NCBI GenBank assembly: GCA_019637755.1 | Contig: JAHBVC010000001.1 | Coordinates: 770,480 to 834,479, forward strand | Length of the DNA stretch: 64,000 bases | Direction of reading: 5' to 3' | Origin: Anaerolineales bacterium | Lineage (GTDB): Bacteria; Chloroflexota; Anaerolineae; Anaerolineales; UBA11579 | Shown: one piece after another, positions 60,090 to 64,000 of the stretch | Position numbering within the stretch: position 1 is the stretch's first letter | Layout of the letters: each line of letters opens with the position of its first letter | Position numbers and translations under genes: made by a program | Notes under the pieces: generated by a model | What the model was told of the DNA's origin: nothing | Databases searched by the model: none | What the model saw: only the letters and a program-made list of their open reading frames with translations

Positions 60090-61085
60090 TCAGGCCGATT
60101 CCCGGATAATTAATTCAGATGGCAACACCTGGGTCATGCGGCCCTGGTCAGGCCCGTCGATCAACGTCACCAGCATCTCCACCGCATGGCGGCCAAGCTC
60201 GGCGATCGGCTGCCCGACGGTGGTGAGGGCCGGCTTATAGCTGGCGGCGAAGGGGGCATCATCAAAACCGACGATGGCAATATCTTCCGGCACGCGCACG
60301 CCCTGTTCCAACAGGTAGCGAATGGCGCCCACCGCCATGGCATCGTTGGTGGCGAACACCGCATCTGGGCGATGCGGCCAGAGCTTGCTCATGGCGGCAT
60401 AACCACCCTCTTCCACAAAGCCGCCCTCGGCGATCAGGTCTTCGCTTACCTCCAGCCCGGCGTTTTGCAGCGTGGTGCGGTACGCCTCAAGGCGTTCACG
60501 GGTAACTAGCGTGCTATTCACTCCAGTGATGGTGGCAATGCGCTTGTGGCCGCTACGGATCAGATGATTGACTGCCATCTGGGTGCATTGCTCATTGTCG
60601 ATGTCTACAAAGCTGACCGGCAGATTGCCGCGGTAACGCCCAATGAGCACAAACGGGATGCGCGAATGGTGCAGCGCCTCGACGATTGGATCGCGATCCT
60701 GCAGAGACGAAACAATGACCCCGTCAAGGAGGTCATTGCTGAGAATCTGGGTAATGCTTCGGCGCTCATGCTCTGGCTCGCCCAGCCAGAACATCACGGA
60801 ACGATTGAGATGATTGCAGTGATTGGTGACGCTCTGGATCAGGATCGGGAAGAAGGGCTCCACGAACAGGCGTGAGACGCCGATCGGGATCACCAGCCCC
60901 ATCACCCCCGTGCGCCCACCCGCCAGCTTGCGCGCGGCGCGGTTGGGCACATAGTTGTTGGAGCTAACCACGGCCAGCACGCGTTCCCGCGTGGCGGCAT
61001 TCACGTTCGGGTCATCATTGATCACGCGTGAGACCGTGGAACGGGATACGCCAGCCTGCTTTGCAATCTCTTCAATCGTGCTCAA
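60090..61085 (-). CDS. LacI family transcriptional regulator
   Basis: I place the start at TTG (complement of 61083-61085). This gives (M)STIEEIAKQAGVSRSTVSRVINDDPNVNAATRERV, a canonical LacI HTH N-terminus of 331 aa. The track start at 61178 would put two operator-like palindromes inside the ORF. Confidence 0.82.
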   Translation of the reverse strand: MSTIEEIAKQAGVSRSTVSRVINDDPNVNAATRERVLAVVSSNNYVPNRAARKLAGGRTGVMGLVIPIGVSRLFVEPFFPILIQSVTNHCNHLNRSVMFWLGEPEHERRSITQILSNDLLDGVIVSSLQDRDPIVEALHHSRIPFVLIGRYRGNLPVSFVDIDNEQCTQMAVNHLIRSGHKRIATITGVNSTLVTRERLEAYRTTLQNAGLEVSEDLIAEGGFVEEGGYAAMSKLWPHRPDAVFATNDAMAVGAIRYLLEQGVRVPEDIAIVGFDDAPFAASYKPALTTVGQPIAELGRHAVEMLVTLIDGPDQGRMTQVLPSELIIRESA

Positions 61086-61098
61086 ATCCGTAACTTTC

Positions 61099-61112
61099 TG
61101 AGAGCGTTCCCA
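61099..61112. promoter_or_regulatory. LacI-type operator-like palindrome O1 (TGAGAGCGTTCCCA)
   Basis: 14-bp near-palindrome with a central CG, 14 nt upstream of the proposed LacI start. Confidence 0.55.
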
Positions 61113-61163
61113 GCTCTGTGGACAAAAAAGCCGGCGGGGGATCAACTCTCGATTGGCAGATAT

Positions 61164-61177
61164 TGGGAGCGTTCCCA
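61164..61177. promoter_or_regulatory. LacI-type operator-like palindrome O2 (TGGGAGCGTTCCCA)
   Basis: 12 of 14 positions are self-complementary, with the same core as O1. Confidence 0.55.
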
Positions 61178-61191
61178 TTCTAAGAGGAGTC

Positions 61192-61205
61192 TGAGAACGC
61201 TGTCA
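61192..61205. promoter_or_regulatory. LacI-type operator-like palindrome O3 (TGAGAACGCTGTCA)
   Basis: It fits the TGnnAnCGnTnnCA pattern shared with O1 and O2. Confidence 0.5.
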
Positions 61206-61231
61206 ATGGTGGAATATCCAACTCTAATCCC

Positions 61232-61259
61232 TTGACTTTGTGGAGACATATCATATAAT
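61232..61259 (+). promoter_or_regulatory. Candidate promoter of the metal ABC importer operon
   Basis: TTGACT (61232-61237), 16-nt spacer, TATAAT (61254-61259). The inverted repeat TTAGGcaccCCTAA (61259-61272) and a GGAGGG RBS follow. Confidence 0.5.
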
Positions 61260-61290
61260 TAGGCACCCCTAAATATGGAGGGTATCGAAC

Positions 61291-62205
61291 GTGAAAAGAA
61301 TCCTTTTAGTTTCCTTGGCCGTGCTACTGGCGGCCTGTGCCGCCCCCACCCCGGATAGTGGCAAGCTGCAAGTCGTAACTACGATCGGCCAGATCGGTGA
61401 CGCGGCACGCGTCATCGGTGGCGATCTGATCGAAGTACATGCCCTGATGGGGCCGGGGGTGGATCCGCACCTCTATGTGGCCTCCGAGGGCGATGTCAGC
61501 ACTTTGCAAAATGCCGATGTGATCCTTTACAACGGCTTGTTCCTCGAGGCTCAGATGGACAACATCCTCGAGCAGATCAGCGAGTACAAGACCGTGGTGC
61601 CCGTCGCCGAGAACATCCCCGCCGAGCGACTGCTGGCCTCGCCGATCTACCCGGATGAGCACGACCCGCATGTGTGGTTCGACGTGCAACTGTGGCGCTA
61701 TGCGGTAGAGGCGGTACGCGACGCGCTGATGGCGGCTGACCCGGCCAACGCCGCCGCCTTTGAAGCCAACGCGGCTGCCTACCTGGCCGAGCTGGATGCG
61801 CTGGACGCGTACGTGCGCACAGAGGCAGAGCGGCTGCCGGCAGGGCAGCGCATCCTCATCACCGCGCACGATGCTTTCAACTATTTCGGGCGCGCCTACG
61901 GCTTTGAAGTCATGGGCTTGCAGGGCATCAGTACGCAATCCGAAGCCAGCACGGCCGATGTGCAGGATCTGGCCGCGCTGATCGTGGCCCGCCAGGTGCC
62001 GGCGGTGTTCATTGAATCCTCGGTGCCGGTGCGCACGGTGGAAGCCTTGCAAGAGGCGGTGCGCGCCCAGGGCCACGAAGTGGCCATCGGCGGGCAACTC
62101 TTCTCCGACGCGATGGGCAACGCCGATACGCCCGAGGGCACCTACATTGGCATGGTACGCTACAACATCCAAACCATTGTGGGCGCACTCCTAAACGAGA
62201 AGTGA
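61291..62205 (+). CDS. metal (Mn/Zn/Fe) ABC substrate-binding lipoprotein, TroA/MntC/ZnuA cluster A-1 family
   Basis: GTG start, lipobox [55 protein letters not shown] carries the metal-ligand His/Asp contexts. Confidence 0.87.
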   Translation: MKRILLVSLAVLLAACAAPTPDSGKLQVVTTIGQIGDAARVIGGDLIEVHALMGPGVDPHLYVASEGDVSTLQNADVILYNGLFLEAQMDNILEQISEYKTVVPVAENIPAERLLASPIYPDEHDPHVWFDVQLWRYAVEAVRDALMAADPANAAAFEANAAAYLAELDALDAYVRTEAERLPAGQRILITAHDAFNYFGRAYGFEVMGLQGISTQSEASTADVQDLAALIVARQVPAVFIESSVPVRTVEALQEAVRAQGHEVAIGGQLFSDAMGNADTPEGTYIGMVRYNIQTIVGALLNEK

Positions 62206-62212
62206 GGCAGCT

Positions 62213-62968
62213 ATGCAAGCAAAACCTTTTGCCGTTCAAGTCGCTGACCTTACGGTGGCGTATCAGGAGAAGCCCGTTTTGTGGGACGTCGATCTCGACG
62301 TCCCACAAGGCGTTTTGATGGCGATTGTTGGGCCGAATGGCGCCGGCAAAACCACCATGCTTAAAGCGATCCTCGGCCTGCTTACCCCGGCGGCCGGGCA
62401 GGTATCGATTTTTGGCAAACCCTACAAAGAGCAGCGCAGCCTGGTGGGCTACGTACCGCAACGCGGCAGTGTGGATTGGGATTTCCCAACCAGCGTGCTG
62501 GACGTGGTGATGATGGGCAACTACGGGAAGCTCGGCTGGCTGCGCCGCCCTGGCGCAGCCGACCGGCGCGCCGCGGAACAAGCCCTGGAGAAAGTGGGCC
62601 TGGCCGATTACGCCAACCGCCAGATCAGCCAACTCTCCGGCGGGCAGCAACAACGCACCTTCCTGGCGCGCGCCCTGATGCAGGACGCGCAGATCTATTT
62701 TATGGATGAGCCCTTCCAAGGTGTAGACGCCACCACCGAACGGGCGATCGTTGAGCTGCTCAAGGAGCTGCGCGCCCAGGGCAAGACCGTGCTGGCGGTT
62801 CACCATGACCTGCAAACTGTGCCCGAGTATTTTGACTGGGCCGTGCTGCTCAACGTGCGCCGCATTGCCAGCGGCCCAGTGGCGCAAGTCTTCACCGAGG
62901 AGAACCTACGCGCCGCCTATGGCGGCCGGGTTAGCGTGCTGGCGCCAAAAGCGAGGCCCGACGCATGA
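62213..62968 (+). CDS. metal ABC transporter ATP-binding protein (TroB/MntB/ZnuC-like)
   Basis: [27 protein letters not shown] and [11 protein letters not shown] are the ABC motifs. Confidence 0.9.
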   Translation: MQAKPFAVQVADLTVAYQEKPVLWDVDLDVPQGVLMAIVGPNGAGKTTMLKAILGLLTPAAGQVSIFGKPYKEQRSLVGYVPQRGSVDWDFPTSVLDVVMMGNYGKLGWLRRPGAADRRAAEQALEKVGLADYANRQISQLSGGQQQRTFLARALMQDAQIYFMDEPFQGVDATTERAIVELLKELRAQGKTVLAVHHDLQTVPEYFDWAVLLNVRRIASGPVAQVFTEENLRAAYGGRVSVLAPKARPDA

Positions 62969-64000
62969 ACATCCTCGACCTTCTCGCCAGCCTGCTGTTT
63001 GACCACACAATCCGCACGGTCGCGCTCGGCACGGCTACGCTCGGCATAGTCAGCGGCGTACTGGGCAGCTTCGCCGTGTTGCGCAAGCAGAGCCTGCTGG
63101 GGGATGCGCTCTCGCATGCGGCCCTGCCCGGCGTGGCGCTGGCCTATATGCTCACCGGCAGCAAATCGAGCCTGGTGCTGATGCTGGGTGCCGGTGTGGC
63201 TGGCGTGCTGGCAATCCTGCTGCTGGTGGGCATCACCACCCGTACGCCCCTCAAAGAAGATAGTGTGCTGGGCATCGTGCTCTCGGTATTTTTTGGCCTG
63301 GGCTTGATGCTACTCACATTTCTGCAACGTAACCCGGATGCGCGCCAAGCTGGGCTGAACACCTTCCTCTTCGGGCAGGCCGCCACCCTGTTGACCCGCG
63401 ATGTGCTCACGATGGCAGTCTTTGGTGGGCTGGCACTGCTGTTAGCGCTGGCATTCTGGAAAGAATTCAAGCTACTTAGTTTTGATCGTGATTTCGGCGC
63501 CAGCCTGGGCTTGCCCATGGGAGCGATGGACATTTTGCTCACTACCCTACTGGTGGTGGCCGTGGTGATCGGCCTGCAAGCCGTGGGCGTAGTGCTGATG
63601 AGTGCCATGCTGGTGGCCCCCGGAGCCGCGGCGCGCCAATGGACGGACAACCTGGGCCGCATGACCCTGCTCTCGGCCTTGTTCGGCGCGGTGGCCGGCG
63701 TGGCCGGTGCGCTGGTGAGCAGCCTGGGCAGCGGGCTTTCCACCGGGCCGGTGATCGTGCTGTGCATCAGCCTGATCGTACTGATCTCGCTGACGCTGGC
63801 ACCCAACCGCGGCCTGTTATGGAACAGCCTGCGCCAATGGCGTACACGCCGCCGGCTGCGCAGCGATGTGGTGCTGGAAAACCTGTACCAGATGAGCTCG
63901 CAACATGCCGACCCCACCCACCCGCATGCCGTCGCCGCGCTGGAAGCCGTGAGCGGGAGCGGCGCGGTACGCCGCTCGCTACAGGATCTGCAGCACCGCG
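62965..64000 (+). CDS. metal ABC transporter permease (ABC-3 family) continuing into a C-terminal extension; 3' end is beyond the window
   Basis: The ATG overlaps the ATPase stop (ATGA). My own translation gives [61 protein letters not shown]... and 8-9 TM helices up to ..[33 protein letters not shown]... then follows and is still open at 64000. Confidence 0.85.
   Translation, partial: MNILDLLASLLFDHTIRTVALGTATLGIVSGVLGSFAVLRKQSLLGDALSHAALPGVALAYMLTGSKSSLVLMLGAGVAGVLAILLLVGITTRTPLKEDSVLGIVLSVFFGLGLMLLTFLQRNPDARQAGLNTFLFGQAATLLTRDVLTMAVFGGLALLLALAFWKEFKLLSFDRDFGASLGLPMGAMDILLTTLLVVAVVIGLQAVGVVLMSAMLVAPGAAARQWTDNLGRMTLLSALFGAVAGVAGALVSSLGSGLSTGPVIVLCISLIVLISLTLAPNRGLLWNSLRQWRTRRRLRSDVVLENLYQMSSQHADPTHPHAVAALEAVSGSGAVRRSLQDLQHR

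Noticed and set aside
61086-61178. Long N-terminal extension of the LacI regulator (MGTLPISANRELIPRRLFCPQSWERSQKVTDL).
   Set aside because: It contains two operator-like palindromes and has no similarity to LacI N-termini. The TTG at 61085 yields the canonical HTH start. It remains a formal possibility, as noted in the findings.
1-64000. Scan for tRNA, rRNA, tmRNA, RNase P, IS elements, toxin-antitoxin pairs, restriction-modification and known defence systems.
   Set aside because: All non-coding gaps are 250 nt or shorter. They are accounted for by promoters, terminators and repeats, and no ORF showed the corresponding signature motifs. This scan was done by eye only.

Overview
High-GC (visually about 60-65%) bacterial chromosomal segment that is densely coding on both strands. 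No rRNA, tRNA, CRISPR array, transposase, integrase or prophage genes were found. Gene content suggests a Chloroflexota-like monoderm, but this is an inference, not a database result: an archaeal-type thiolase/HMG-CoA synthase/DUF35 trio, many LAAC-lipobox lipoproteins with Pro/Thr/Ala linkers, TadE-like proteins, a four-helix-bundle (23S IVS-type) gene, and REP-like 'gtcattgcgag' hairpins. Left to right the window holds: an ABC exporter (partial), murJ, an ABC-F ATPase, a DUF4260 protein, a BMP-type nucleoside/sugar ABC importer operon, a DUF389-SH3b membrane protein, rplI, a RodZ-like protein, rimO, a SIMPL protein, a LysM-M23 peptidase and rho. Next comes a tightly coupled six-gene envelope-glycosylation-like operon, ordered GT-C, B12-radical SAM, GT2, SAM methyltransferase, Glf-like flavoprotein, NUDIX. 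It continues with a LysM protein, an orphan siderophore-type binding protein, an APH-like kinase plus deaminase, DUF35, map, thiolase/HMGS/HMGR, and two tandem paralogous lipoproteins (the first interrupted by an in-frame TAG). Then follow a SpoU/TrmH methyltransferase, a coiled-coil protein plus a repeat lipoprotein, and the homogentisate pathway (hppD, FAH, hmgA) split by an inverted-repeat-flanked four-helix-bundle cassette. The remainder holds a flavin reductase, MscS, PepF, two TadE-like genes, mscL, a SET-domain protein, a LacI-controlled glycan utilisation locus (three GHs, two permeases, one binding protein) and a metal (Tro/Mnt/Znu-type) ABC importer. The best candidate for an undescribed system is the 20197-28202 operon, which couples a polyprenyl-phosphate GT2/GT-C pair to a cobalamin radical SAM enzyme, a methyltransferase, a mutase-like flavoenzyme and a NUDIX hydrolase. 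The other notable items are the IVS-like cassette at 43863-44266, the in-frame TAG at 37829, and Lys/Ala-rich tails on two unrelated proteins. All functional calls come from motif recognition by eye in the supplied translations; no searches were run.
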